Of a stretch of 64,000 nucleotides of DNA, positions 32,952 to 44,791 are shown one piece after another (position 1 is the first letter of the stretch; each line of letters starts with the position of its first letter). Where the stretch lies: assembly GCA_963822675.1 (NCBI GenBank), contig CAWGIP010000009.1:22665-86664 (forward strand), read 5' to 3'. The notes beneath the pieces are model-generated. The model was given only the letters and a program-made list of their open reading frames with translations, was not told where the DNA came from and made no database searches. The position numbers were made by a program, and so were the translations under genes. The DNA comes from an uncultured Pseudomonadota bacterium. Lineage in GTDB: Bacteria; Pseudomonadota; Alphaproteobacteria; Acetobacterales; Acetobacteraceae.

Positions 32952-34226
32952 TCATCGCCTGGCCTGCCCCCGCCGGCTCGCGCCGCCGTGTAACGCACGA
33001 TACGCGGCGACCAGCGCTGTCGAAAAAGCCGGGTCATTGATGTGGCAAGGCAAGCCGACGATCTGGCGCGTCGGCGTCTGCCGCACGGTCCGGCGCAAGG
33101 CCGCGAACAACGCGGCATCGGCCGCTTCATCACGGAACGGCTGGTCGTGCGCATCCAGCGCGGAAACACCACTTTCGGGCAGCAGGAACCGAACCGGCGA
33201 GTCCATCCGGTTGAGCCGCTCGCCAATCCACACACCGATGCGCGCGTTCTCCTCCGCGTTCGTGCGCATCAGCGTGACTTGCGGGTTGTGCCGATGGAAG
33301 AGCCGGCCGGCGTAGCGCGGCGGGACGGTATCGGGTGAGCCGAAATTGACCATGTCCAACGCGCCGCATGAGCCGACATAGGGGATACGGGCTCGGATGA
33401 TCGCCTCGAAACGATCCTCGGCTGCCGGGAACACCCCGCCCATCAGCAAGTCACAGACCTCGGTGGTCGTGATGTCGAGGACACCGGCGAGCAGCCCGGA
33501 GTCAACGAGCTTTTCCATACACTGCCCGCCGATGCCGGTCGCGTGGAAGACGAGACATTCGGCCTCGCCTTCGAGCGCCTTCATCACCTGCCGCACGCAG
33601 GGCGTGGTAACGCCGAACATCGTGATTCCGACGGCGCGAAGCGGTTCGCCCGCGGCGGGCCGGATCATGCGCGCACGCGCTTCGGCAAGCCGCGCCGTCA
33701 CCATGCCGGCGAGCGCATGTGCCCCGTTGGCGAGCACTTGGCGGGAAATCGAGTTGAGCCCCTGCACGTCGGTGACCGAGTGCAGCATCATGATATCGGC
33801 GGCACCGACATACGCGCCGACCTGGCCCGATGCGACGGTGGAGATAATCAGCTTGGGCACGCCGACCGGCAGCGCCCGCATACCGGGCGCCACCATCGAG
33901 GTGCCGCCCGACCCGCCCGCGGCAATCATGCCGACGATGCCGCTCTGGCGTCGCACCCATGCCTCGAATGCCTGCGCCATCGCGCTCACCGCCTCGCCGC
34001 GGTCGCGGGCGAACACGCCGCCCGGTCCGCGCGGGCTGAAGGCGGCGAGCTGGTGCGGCGGTACATCGGCGGCCGATGGCGCGCCGCTCGTTGACAGGTC
34101 AACAAGCCGCGTGTGCAACCCGCTGGCTTTTACTATGTCGCGGATGAAACGCAGCTCCTCGCCTTTGGTGTCGAGCGTGCCCGCGACCACGACGACCGGA
34201 TCGCCGCTCACCGATAAGGGGCGCAT
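32952..34226 (-). CDS. UPF0261 (Tm-1-like ATP-binding) family protein
   Basis: [30 protein letters not shown]... conserved family start. About 424 aa. The long upstream in-frame extension was rejected. Confidence 0.65.
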   Translation of the reverse strand: MRPLSVSGDPVVVVAGTLDTKGEELRFIRDIVKASGLHTRLVDLSTSGAPSAADVPPHQLAAFSPRGPGGVFARDRGEAVSAMAQAFEAWVRRQSGIVGMIAAGGSGGTSMVAPGMRALPVGVPKLIISTVASGQVGAYVGAADIMMLHSVTDVQGLNSISRQVLANGAHALAGMVTARLAEARARMIRPAAGEPLRAVGITMFGVTTPCVRQVMKALEGEAECLVFHATGIGGQCMEKLVDSGLLAGVLDITTTEVCDLLMGGVFPAAEDRFEAIIRARIPYVGSCGALDMVNFGSPDTVPPRYAGRLFHRHNPQVTLMRTNAEENARIGVWIGERLNRMDSPVRFLLPESGVSALDAHDQPFRDEAADAALFAALRRTVRQTPTRQIVGLPCHINDPAFSTALVAAYRALHGGASRRGQARR

Positions 34227-34464
34227 TTCGATCCGCCTTGCCTGCTCGGCGCCGTTCCGCGCCGCGAAAGGGCCGCTCAGCGTGCGTGCCGCCGCGATGA
34301 TTTGCGCGACCGGAACGGGCTCCGACCAGCGCGTGGGCGGTTTCGGGTTGGAGAAGAAGACCCGAAGCGGTCCCGCGTGCTCTTGCCGCCTTGGCGGTAT
34401 CGGCCTTTTCCGAAGCGCCCGTGCCCAAGCCCGCTTCGGTATCGGTCTCATCCTGCGCGTGCCG

Positions 34465-35175
34465 GCCGACGCCCAGCAGCCGCTGTTGCAGGTCGCGGTC
34501 AAGCGCAAGCCGGGCCGAATCGATGATGCGGGTGATCCGGCCATTGGCCATGATCGCGATGGTTTCCGAAACAGCGGTTGCCACGCCGATATTCTGCTCG
34601 ACCAGCAGCACCGTCTGCTCGCCTTCGTGGGCCAGGCGCAGCAACATTTCCTCGACCTGCGCGACAATAACCGGCGCAAGCCCCTCGGTCGGTTCGTCCA
34701 TGATCAGCGCGCGGGGATTAGCGAGCAGGGCGCGCGCAATGGCGAGCATCTGCTGCTCGCCGCCCGAGAGCTGGCGGCCAAGATTGGCCTTCCGTTCGGC
34801 GAGCCGGGGGAACGTGTCGTATATTCGCTCGATGGTCCAAGCGCCGCGCCCGGAGGCGGCGAGCCGAAGATGCTCGTCCACGCTGAGCGACGGCCAGAGC
34901 CGCCTGCCCTGCGGCACATAACCGATCCCAAGGCGCGCGATCTCGGCCGGCGGCAGCGCCGTCAGCTCCTCCCCGGCGAACTTGATCGAGCCGGAGGCGG
35001 CGCGCACCAGGCCCATGATCGTCTTGCAGAGCGTCGTCTTACCCATGCCGTTGCGGCCCACGACGGCGAGCACGCCCTGTTCGATGTTCAAATCAACGCC
35101 TTGCAGCGCATGCGAGCCACCGAAATAGACATTCACGCCGCGTATGCTGAGCGAACCTGCTCGCTGTCGCGGCAT
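34465..35175 (-). CDS. livF: branched-chain amino acid ABC transporter ATP-binding protein (LivF-like); 3' end approximate
   Basis: GRNGMGKTT Walker [28 protein letters not shown]. The ORF has no stop where the protein should end, so a frame error near 34460 is suspected. Confidence 0.7.
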
Positions 35176-35184
35176 GCAGCTTTT

Positions 35185-35970
35185 CAGGCATGCCCGCTCG
35201 CGCCGAGATAGAGTTCCTGCACCTCCAAATCGGATTCGATCTCCTCCGGCCGGCCTTCCTTGAAGATGCGGCCGTTGTGCATCATCGTAACGTTCTCAAC
35301 GACCCGCAACGCCACGTCCATGTCGTGCTCGATGATGATGAACCCGATATGCGCCGGCAGCGACGTCAGGATCTCGATCAGCTCCCGCCGTTCGGCCGGC
35401 GAGAGGCCGGCGGCGGGTTCGTCGAACAGGATAAAGCGCGGCGCGCCCGGCCAAGGCGAGGGCGATTTCGAGCTGGCGCTGCTGGCCGTGCGCGAGTTCG
35501 CCGACGCGGCGGTCCCGCACGTCGGTCAGGTGCATCGCCTCAGTCAGGTCACGGGCGGACTGCATCAGCGCCTCGTTCCGCCCCGGGCGCAGCAGCGAAA
35601 AGCGACCGCGCGAAACACCGCGACAGGCAAGATAGACGTTGTCGATGACGCTGAGGCCGGCGAATAGCAGCGAAATCTGATAGGTGCGCCGCAAGCCGCG
35701 CCGGATCCGCTCGTAGGGCGGAAAATCGGTCACGTCCTCGCCGAAGAACCGGATCCTGCCCGCGCTCGGCAGGAAGTCGCCGGTAATGCAGTTGAACAAC
35801 GTAGTCTTGCCGGCGCCATTCGAACCCAGCACCGCGCGCCGCTCGCCCGGCCGGACGCTGAGCGTGATATCGCTGAGCGCGGCGAGCGCGCCGAACAGGC
35901 GGGTGACGCCGCGCAGTTCGAGCGCATTCGCCGTGCCGGCGGCGGAAAGCCGTTCGGCGAGAGCGGGCAT
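35185..35970 (-). CDS. livG: branched-chain amino acid ABC transporter ATP-binding protein (LivG-like), one frameshift near 35440
   Basis: GSNGAGKTT, HGQQRQLEIALALA. The rebuilt C-terminus LFDEPAAGLSPAERRELIEIL...ELYLGASGHA* ends at 35185. Start overlaps the livM stop. Confidence 0.75.
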
Positions 35971-37045
35971 CAACGTCTCCGCTCCGCCGCCGTGCCGACC
36001 CGCATGCGCCAGCGCGCCCACAAACCCAGCACGCCATCGGGTGAGAAGAACACGATCAGCAGGAAGCCGAGGCCGATCAACAACTGAAATCGCGCGCCGG
36101 GCAGCCCGACCCAGACCAACGCATCGAGCGCGAAGGTCCGCAGCAGCACATAAATCAGCGCGCCGATAAAGGGGCCGATCGGATCGCCGATGCCGCCAAC
36201 GACGGCGATCACCAGAATGTCGATCACCGGCCCGATGCCGGCGGTTCCGGGGGCGATCTCGCTATTCAGCCAGACCATCAGCACGCCCGCGACGGCGGCG
36301 ATGAGCGAGGCGAGCGCATAGGCGGCGATGCGGTGCGCCGACGACATTGAAGCCGAGCGAAGCCATGCGCCGCGCGTTATCGCGCGTTCCCTGCAAAGCG
36401 AGGCCGAAGGGTGTGCGCGCGACATGGACAACGCCGAGATAGCTCAGCGCGGCCACGACCAGGGTGAGGTAGTAGAACGGGATCGGCGATCGCCAATTCA
36501 CGCCGAAGGCATGCGGCCCGGGGACGCTGTTGAACCCGGAAAAGCCGTTGAAGATCGCGTAGTTCTGCCGCGTGAAGTAGAAGAAGGCCGAGGCGATCGC
36601 GAGTGTGATCATGATGGTGTAGATGCCGGCCGTGCGCACCGCGAGCGCGCCCGACAGCGTGCCGCAGATGGTCGCGATCAACACGGCGACCGGCACCACC
36701 ACCCACCACGCCCAGCCGAGGCTGATCGTGGCGATCGCGCTATGGCCCAAAATCGCCGTCATGTAGCCGGCCACGCCCGCGACGGTCATCTGCATCAGCG
36801 AGACCATGCCGCCGTAGCCCGCCAGGAACATGAGGCTGAGCGCGATCATGCCGAGGACGAACGACCAGCCGAACACCTGCACCAGAAAGAACTCGTTGGA
36901 AATCACCGGCAAGAGCAGCAGGACCAGACCGAGGATCAGCCTGGCGCGATGGCGCACCACCCAGTCCGGCAGCCCCGCCGCAGCTCCGGTCGTGGGGCCG
37001 GCAACCGGCGCGCCGGACAAGATTGTCTCGCCCGCCACCGGCCAT
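35970..37045 (-). CDS. livM: branched-chain amino acid ABC transporter permease (LivM-like), about two frameshifts (one a 1-nt change in a G-run at the start)
   Basis: TM-rich body in ORF 36262-38424, C-terminal part in ORF 35970-36431 (HRIAAYALASLIAAVAG...), ATG at 37045 in a third frame. Confidence 0.7.
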
Positions 37046-37046
37046 C

Positions 37047-37928
37047 TCAGGCCTTCCCCAGCAGGCCGAGCGGTCGGAAGGCGAGCACCAGCACCATGAT
37101 CAGGAACGTCACGACCACCGTATAAGTCGGGATATAGATGAACCCGATCTGCTCCGAAAGGCCGATCAGCAGCGCTCCCAGCGCCGCACCGGGAATGCTG
37201 CCCATGCCTCCGACAATGACCACCACCAGCGAGGCGAGCAGGAAACGGGTGTCCTCGCCCGGTGCGAGGGACTGGAACGTGCCGCCGACCACGCCCGCCA
37301 AGCCGGCCAGACCCGCGCCAAAGGCGAACACGGCCGCGAATACGCGCTGGATGCGCACGCCGCTGGCTGCCAGCATGTCGCGATCGTCCACGCCGGCGCG
37401 GATCATCAGTCCGATGCGCGTCCGGTTCAGCGCCAGCCACATCAGGACACCGATCGCCACCGAGGCTGCGAAGATGACAAGGCGGACGCGCGGATAGGTC
37501 ATGTACACGGCGCTGCCGTTGCTCTTGGCGCCGACGACCACCGGCAACTGGGTTGCGCCATAAAGCGCGTCCGGCGTTTGGATTTGGTAGAAATCGCCGC
37601 CGAAGATCCACAGCATCAGATCCGCAACCACAATGGCGACGCCGATCGTGACCAGGGTCTGACGCAGATCCTGGCCTTCCATGCGACGGAAGATGACGAG
37701 CTGCAACACGATGCCGAGCAGCGCCGCCGCCAGGAAAGCGACGACGAAGGCGAGCAGCCACGAGCCGGTGGCGACCGAAATCGTGTAGCCAAGATAGCCG
37801 CCAAGCAAATAGAGCGTGCCGTGCGCCAGGTTGACGTTCTTCATCAGGCCGAAGATCAGCGTGAAGCCGCTGGCTACCAGGAAATAGAGTCCCCCCAGCG
37901 TGATGCCGTTCAGGACCGCGTTCAGCAC
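37047..37928 (-). CDS. livH: branched-chain amino acid ABC transporter permease (LivH-like)
   Basis: 293-aa intact ORF, MLNAVLNGITLGGLYFLVASGFTLIFG. Confidence 0.85.
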   Translation of the reverse strand: MLNAVLNGITLGGLYFLVASGFTLIFGLMKNVNLAHGTLYLLGGYLGYTISVATGSWLLAFVVAFLAAALLGIVLQLVIFRRMEGQDLRQTLVTIGVAIVVADLMLWIFGGDFYQIQTPDALYGATQLPVVVGAKSNGSAVYMTYPRVRLVIFAASVAIGVLMWLALNRTRIGLMIRAGVDDRDMLAASGVRIQRVFAAVFAFGAGLAGLAGVVGGTFQSLAPGEDTRFLLASLVVVIVGGMGSIPGAALGALLIGLSEQIGFIYIPTYTVVVTFLIMVLVLAFRPLGLLGKA

Positions 37929-38223
37929 GACCCGTTTGCGGCCGATCGCGGCGGTCAGGCGCAGGCGGCCAGTCGGCCACGATCAGCCACAGAATCACCA
38001 CCACCAGCGCCATGATCAGCAGCGATACGATCGGTCGCCGCGCGATAAAACTGTCCATCACGCGTGATGTCTTGGCGGAATGACTGTCAAAGCGAGGCCA
38101 TGGGGCGCCACGGAGCGGAGGCCCCTCGGAGAGATCACGACTGTCTTGCTCACCCGCTTCCTCGTCGCCCGATTTACTCGTTGGCCGGCCGTGGCCATTC
38201 TTTGGCGCCCCGAAGGCTCTGCG

Positions 38224-39606
38224 AAATGCCGACGCGAAATCAAGATCACAGGTGCCACAATCGTCTCGATGGACCCGGCAATCGGCGTGATCGAGCGCGG
38301 GGACATCCTGATTGATCGGGGCAAGATCGCCGCGATCGGGCCTGGCGTTGCCGATTGGGCGGTGACGGCGATCGACGGGCGCGACAGGATCGCCCTGCCG
38401 GGGTTCGTCAACGCGCATTTGCACCTTTGGCAGCCGGCGCTGCGGGGTATCGCCGCCGACTGGACCCTGGATCAGTATTTTGCCCGAATGATCGGCGAGA
38501 TCGTGCGGCTATATGAACCGCGCGACGCCTATATCGGCAATCTCGTGGGCGCCCTCGATCAGCTCAACGGCGGCACAACGACGCTGTTCGACTGGTGCCA
38601 CATCGTCAACACGCCGGAACATGCCGATGCGGCCCTGGACGGGCTGCGGGATTCGGGGGTGCGCGCGATCTTCGGCTACGGCACGCCGATGTGGCTGTTC
38701 GGCACCAAGGAGCCGCACCCGCCGGATGCGCAGCGGATGCGCCGGGAGCGGCTGGCCGCCGACGATGCGCTGGTGACGATGGCCCTGGCCATTCGCGGCA
38801 CCGACTTCGCACCCGGCACCGCCGAGGCCGACATCCGCTTCGCCCGTGATCTTGGGCTGCTCGCCTCCTTCCATGTCGCCTGCGCCAAGCACGGACCCCG
38901 CCAGCAGAAGCTGACAGATCTGGCGCGCCAGGGATTGCTCGGCCCGGATGTCAATCTGGTCCATGCCAATTTCCTGGAGGAAGCCGAGTTCCGGGCCATC
39001 GCCGATGCGGGTGCGAGCATCGCGATCACGCCGGAGGCCGAGATGCAGATGGGCCTGGGCCTGCCTCCGACCGGGCAGGCGCGCGCGGCAGGGGCGCGGA
39101 TCGGGCTTGGCACCGATGTCGTCTCGGGCGCTGGCGCGGACATGTTCACGCAGATGCGCTTTCTGCTCCAGACGCAGCGGGCGCTCGACAACAAGACCTG
39201 GCATGATCGCGAGTCGATGCCGCCGCGCCTTGAACTCACCGCTGCCGACGTGTTGCGGATGGCAACGATCGAGGCGGCTGCCTGCTATGGTCTTGATGGC
39301 CGCACCGGTTCGCTCACCCCCGGCAAGGAGGCGGATCTGATCCTGCTGCGGCGCTCCGATCTCAACCTCGCCGCCGCGCGCGACCCGATTGCCGCCATCG
39401 TGCTGCACGCCGGGGTTGCCAATGTCGATACGGTCATCGTCGGGGGCGAGATCCTGAAGCGAGACGGCAAGTTGTTGCGCGCGGACCTTGCGCGCCAGAC
39501 TCGAGGCGTTGCAGGCATCATCCGAACGGCTGTACGGGAAGCTGACGGTGCAGGGGAAGGCCGCTTAGGTCCACTTTCCGTCCAAGGCCATCCTTGCGGC
39601 ATGTAA
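38224..39606 (+). CDS. amidohydrolase-family (TRZ/ATZ-like deaminase/chlorohydrolase) protein; start uncertain
   Basis: ITGATIVSMDP...LPGFVNAHLHLWQ metal-binding HxH. 508-aa ORF body. The only nearby ATG (38224) is +1 to the body frame. Confidence 0.7.
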   Translation, partial: KCRREIKITGATIVSMDPAIGVIERGDILIDRGKIAAIGPGVADWAVTAIDGRDRIALPGFVNAHLHLWQPALRGIAADWTLDQYFARMIGEIVRLYEPRDAYIGNLVGALDQLNGGTTTLFDWCHIVNTPEHADAALDGLRDSGVRAIFGYGTPMWLFGTKEPHPPDAQRMRRERLAADDALVTMALAIRGTDFAPGTAEADIRFARDLGLLASFHVACAKHGPRQQKLTDLARQGLLGPDVNLVHANFLEEAEFRAIADAGASIAITPEAEMQMGLGLPPTGQARAAGARIGLGTDVVSGAGADMFTQMRFLLQTQRALDNKTWHDRESMPPRLELTAADVLRMATIEAAACYGLDGRTGSLTPGKEADLILLRRSDLNLAAARDPIAAIVLHAGVANVDTVIVGGEILKRDGKLLRADLARQTRGVAGIIRTAVREADGAGEGRLGPLSVQGHPCGM

Positions 39607-42600
39607 GGGCACGGTGTCGAAGCCTTCTGTAAACCAGTCATACACCCGGGCCAGTCGTGCCCGGCCCTCGCTCGGCGTACCTCGATCGGCTAGCAGGTGG
39701 GCGTAGCTGGTGGCTGCTTGCAGCTCCCAGAGCTTCGCGCTTTGGCAGCGCGCCACGATAAGTGCTTTTTCGAAGCACCGCGCGGCCGCATCGTCGCCGC
39801 CGCGTTGTCGATGCGCATCACCCATCCGCCGGTGGATTTCGGCCGCATACCATTTCTCGCCGGTTCGCTCGGTCAGGTCCAGCGCGTCGGTGAGGATGCG
39901 CAACGCCGTATCCGCGTCGCCCACCATCTGATGCGTCTCGGCGAGCAGGGCGTGATGGCGGCTGGACCAGGACCGGCGTCCGGTGGCGCCATAGCGCGCC
40001 ATGCCTTCTTGGATAATGGCACGTCCGGTCGCGGCATCGTCACAGCGGGCAACCACATAGCCCTTCAGGATGCTCCCGCGCGCGCCGAAGAATACGAGGT
40101 CATGATCGCCTGCTTGGTTGATGAGCTCGTCGACAAGCCCTGACGTACTCCTGGAGGCTGTCGTAGGAATGAGTGCAGCTCGGCTTGTTTGGTCAGGCAA
40201 TCGACTAAAGTGACAGAATCGCTCATGCGTCTGCTGTAGTTCACAACGGTCGCGGCGTTGGCGAGCGCCCAATCAGGGTTAACCAAGCCAGCACGTGACC
40301 AAGCTCAGCCAAGTGTGCGCCATGCGCCAGCCGCCAGCTATATCAAACATGGAGAACCCGCGATCGCGATCCCAAAGTTCGGTGGAATGGAATGGCGGCG
40401 GTTCGTCCGGTCCTATCGCCTCTTCTAGATGCGACCTCGCTTCTGCGAACCTGCCGCGCATCATTGCTGACCCGCCGGCGACCAAATGGCCCACCGCGCA
40501 TCCAGCCGTGTCATTTCGCTCGTGGCCCGCGCGCAAGGTGCGGTCCGCCAACTCCTGCGCGCGTTGCGGTTCACCGCAATCAAGGTAGCTGCAGCACTGA
40601 CCCCACACGAGCGACAGGAACTCCGGGGGTTGGCCGAGGCGCTCGTATAGCTCCGTCGTGCGTGAATGGAACTGGCGCACCTCAAGCGTCATGGGCCCCT
40701 GAACTCGAAACGCAAACGCAACATCCGCAAGCGCGCTGAGCTCCGCATGGTCACGATCAGCTCCGGCTGGCCAGGATGCGATCAGGCGTAGGGCTTTGCT
40801 AATTTGCTCACGTGCTCCTTCACACGAACCGCGCGCTTCCGACTGTCGGCCCGCGCGCAAGTAATAGACGACGGCCTTCTCAACGAGGCCTCCCTGCTCG
40901 CAATGATGGGCCAGGAGAGTCGGGTCGTATTTCTCGATTCCCGGTTGCTGCGTCAGCGCGTCGACGATACGCACGTGAAATCATCGTCCGCCGGCTACGC
41001 AGCAAGCTCTCATAGGCGGCATTCTGCACCAGCACATGCTTGAAGGTGTAACTGGCCTCAGGCGGAGTCCCTCGACGCGAGACAAGGCCCGACGCGACGA
41101 GCTGATCGAGTGCTGGCCGGAGAACCGGCTCGGGCCGCGCGGCCAGCGCGGCGACCAGTTCATGCGAGAAGCTTCGGCCAATGACCGCGGCGATTTGTGC
41201 GACTTCCTTCGCCGCCGGCACGCGATCGAGGCGGGACATCGAGCGAGTTCGTGCAGCGTGGCCGGCACCGGCAACTCGGCCGCGACCTCGCCGAGTTTGT
41301 TGCGGTCTCGATGAGGCTCTTGGTCAACTCCTCGACGTAGAGCGGCACGCCATCGGCTCGCTCGATGATCAGGCGGCGCAATGGCAGTGGGAGTGATGCG
41401 CCGGCCAGAGCCGCGATGATCTCCGCCACATCTGTATCAACCAGGCGGTTGAGCACCAATACCTCGGCCGGCGCGCTGCCCGGCCAGGAGGCCGCGAACT
41501 CCGATCGCACGGTAACGATCGCCAGCACGCGCCAACTGCGGATGCGCTCGCTGAGTAGCTCCAGCACCTCGCGCGAGGACGGATCGATCCAGTGCGCGTC
41601 CTCGAAGAGGAACAGCACCGGCTTATAGGACGGCGGATGGACAACGTGCGCGATCAGCGCCTCCGCAATGTTTTCCCGCCGCTGGCGCGGGCTGAGCGCG
41701 GCTGGCGGATAGCGCCCGTCGACGGGGATCGAGAGCAGATCGGCAATCGCGGCAATCGTCGCCGGATCAGCGGTCGGGCCGAGACATGATTCCAGCTTGC
41801 GCAGCCGTTCGGCGGCCGCATCCGTGCGGTCAATGCCGGCTGCGCGCTCGATTTGGCGGATGAAGGGATGAAAGGGACTGCCTTGGTAGTCTGGTGCGCA
41901 GAAACAGGTGACCACCCGATGCGGCTCATCGGCGACAGCCGCGCGCAACTCATGGATCAGACGCGATTTGCCGATCCCCGGCTCACCGATGATCTGCACG
42001 ACCCGGCCAGCCCCGGCCTTAGCGTGAGCCCAGCGGCGCAGCAGCAGCGCCAGTTCCTCCTCGCGACCTGCCAGCGGCGTCAGGTGTTGCTCATGTAGCG
42101 CCGCAAACCGGCTTTCCGCGCCAGCATCGCCAATCACCTGAAATGCCGGCACCGGGCGAGCATGATCTTCATCGGCAAAGAGACTCAGCGCGCGGCAAGT
42201 GAACAGCCCGCCGATAAGGCGGTGAGTTGGCCGGGAAATGACGACCGATCCGGGCTGGGCGGCTGACACGAGGCGCGCAGCCAAGGCCGGGGCCTTGCCA
42301 ATAACGGCGTGCTGGCGCCCGGCCGCCGTCCCCAGAAGGTCGCCCGCGAGCACGGGTCCGGTGGCAATGCCGACGCGAGCGCAGCCGTGCATCGTCGGCC
42401 CTGCCTCCGGGCTCGAGACCGCTTCGATCAAGGCAATTCCAGCGCGAATGGCCCGCTCGGGGTCGTGCTCGTGCGCCTGCGGATAGCCGAAATAGGCCAG
42501 CACACCGTCGGTCTGAAAACCGGCGACGGTCCCACCGAAGCGGCCGATGATGTCGGTGCAGCGTGCATGGAAATCGGCGAGCAGCGGGTAAAGATCTTCC

Positions 42601-43112
42601 GGATCGAGGTCCGGTGCCATCGCCGTTTCCACCAGATCGCAGCGCAAGACGGTGATCTGCCTGCGCTCGGCCAATTGCGGGTAAGTCCGTTCGAGACCGG
42701 GCGCGGCACTGGCTCCCTGCGCCGGTTCGCTGGTCGCTTCCGGTACGGCGGCGAATTTATAGCCAACACCTGGAACGGTCAGGATCAGGCGCGGCTGCTT
42801 CGGGTCCGGCTCGATTTTCCTGCGCAGTTGGCCGGTCAGAACGTCGATACTGCGGTCGAAGGGTTCCGCGCGTCGGCCCGAAGTTGAGGACAGCAAATAG
42901 TCGCGGCTGAGTACGCGGCGCGGGGCGGCAATGAATGACAGCAGCAGCCCGAATTCCGAGCGGCGCAGCGGCACTTCACGGCCATTGGCATCGGTCAGCA
43001 CGCGGCCCGGCACATCGAGCGTGAAGCCGGCGAAGCGCCAGAATGGCGGGGTCGGGTCGGCTGACCCCTGAGCTGCGTTCAATGAAGTCTTCGGCCCGGC
43101 TTTCTCCTGCAT
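39565..43112 (-). CDS. multidomain regulator: OmpR/PhoB-type winged-helix DNA-binding domain, class III adenylate/guanylate cyclase domain, STAND/AAA NTPase and TPR repeats (about 1180 aa); at least three frame disruptions
   Basis: wHTH RFAGFTLDVPGRVLTD...ILTVPGVGYKF; cyclase ITVLRCDLVETAMAP...GVLAYFGYPQAHEHD; P-loop IIGEPGIGKSRL; TPR-like C-terminal parts in ORFs 40880-41239, 40279-40974 and 39565-40272. Confidence 0.7.
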
Positions 43113-43305
43113 GGCCTGGCTCCCGCCCGGGTTTCGACGGGACGACGGGCGAGAGGACAGCGTATGGCACCTACCCTCTCTGTGCCCACCCCTTCTTACC
43201 ACGCGCTTACAAGGAGCACATCACCAACTTACACGAGCAACCCATTCTCCGCGCCAAACCCGCCGTCGCAATCAGCGGCGCCATGTGCAGCAGGAGGAGG
43301 AACCG

Positions 43306-44678
43306 ATGCCGTCTCTAACCCGACGCGCGACGCTGATCGGCTTTGCAGCCGCGCCCGTGGTCCTCAGAAGCCCGACTTGGGCTGCCGAGGAGCAGCTTCC
43401 GATCCTATTCGTGGGGCCGGACTACGACGACGCTTCGCAATGGTACACGACGATCTGGCGTTTCGAATCCAATGGCTACGACCGCAAGAGGATGTTTGCC
43501 TTCGACTTCCCAAACCCCGAGCCGCCGGCGGCGGCGGACTACGGCAAGCAACATCCGGGTCACTCGGGCTGGGGGGAGAAGCTCGTGCGCCTCTCCGAGA
43601 TGGTGCAGAACGTCAAGCGCCAGACCGGTGCCGACAAGATCGTGCTGATCGCGATGGGCGGACACGGGCTGCGTGTCCGCAACTACATCAAGAACGCGAA
43701 CGGGCTGGATAATGTCGCCAAAGTCGTCCTGTGCGGCACTCCAAATCATGGACATTTCGCGACCGACGATCCGAAATGGCTGAAGGACGACTACAATGCG
43801 CTCGGTTATCTCTTACGCGACCTCAACGACGGCGATGAGGCGCCGCCGCCTGTGCAGTGGTTGACTATTCGCAGCGACAATTTTGACGCCTGGTATCAGC
43901 CCGTGATGAACCCGATGCTGCCCGCGGCCGAGGGCAAGGCCGATCGGCCGAGCCACATCGGTCATGCGAGCCCGGAACTGAAAGGTGCTACCAATATCGT
44001 AATACCCCGGATCGACGTTGTTCAGACGGTCGCCCATCCCGAGGCATTCCGGGCAATGTATCGCTTCATCACTGGGCGCGAGCCGGCGCACCTCGATGTC
44101 GTGCCGGAGAGTCCGGCGATCCAGAACGGCATAGTGGGCGGCGCCACGCCAGACAATTTCGCGAGCAATACGCCGGTCGCCGGGGCGACCGTGGAGATTT
44201 ACGAGGTCTCACCGGCCACCGGGGAACGCAAGAGCGAGGCGGTGCATCGACAGGTGACGGGCCCCGACGGTGTCTGGGGGCCCTGGAAGGCGAACCCGAA
44301 CGCCTACCACGAGATCGTCATCACGGCGGCGGGGTACCCGGTCAATCATTGGTATCGCAATCCATTCCCCGCTCCAGCACGGTCCAACACCTGTCGCTGT
44401 GGTTGTTCGACCAGGGCTACAAGCCAGCGCCCGAGAGCGTCGTGTTCGTCTGGCGGCGCACCGGGGGCTTTTCTCGCGACCGCGACACAGTCCTGGTCGA
44501 TGGCAAGCCGATTCCGGATCTGCCCGGAGGCCCGGCCGGCGGCTTCCCGCCCGAGGTTAAAATCCCCACCAATGAGGTTCGAGCCGCGCCAGTGGTGATT
44601 AACGACTACAAGCTCGCGATCCAGACTTGGCCATCGAAGGACAATCACATAGTGGTCGCCGAAATTCACGAACTCTGA
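43306..44678 (+). CDS. Tat-signal secreted alpha/beta-hydrolase-like protein (lipase-like) with a C-terminal beta-rich domain, one frameshift near 44370
   Basis: Twin-arginine leader MPSLTRRATLIGFAAAPVVLRSPTWAA. A LIAMGGHG segment where GxSxG would be expected. C-terminal about 100 aa in ORF 44349-44678. Confidence 0.55.
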
Positions 44679-44791
44679 GGCTGCTCGCCAGCTTGGTTCG
44701 CGCGACCTGGCCCGCGTGGCCGGGCTGCGCGAACCTGCTGGCGAATGCCGGCGCGTTCTGGTAGGGGGCGACCGACGATTTGGAGAGCGTG

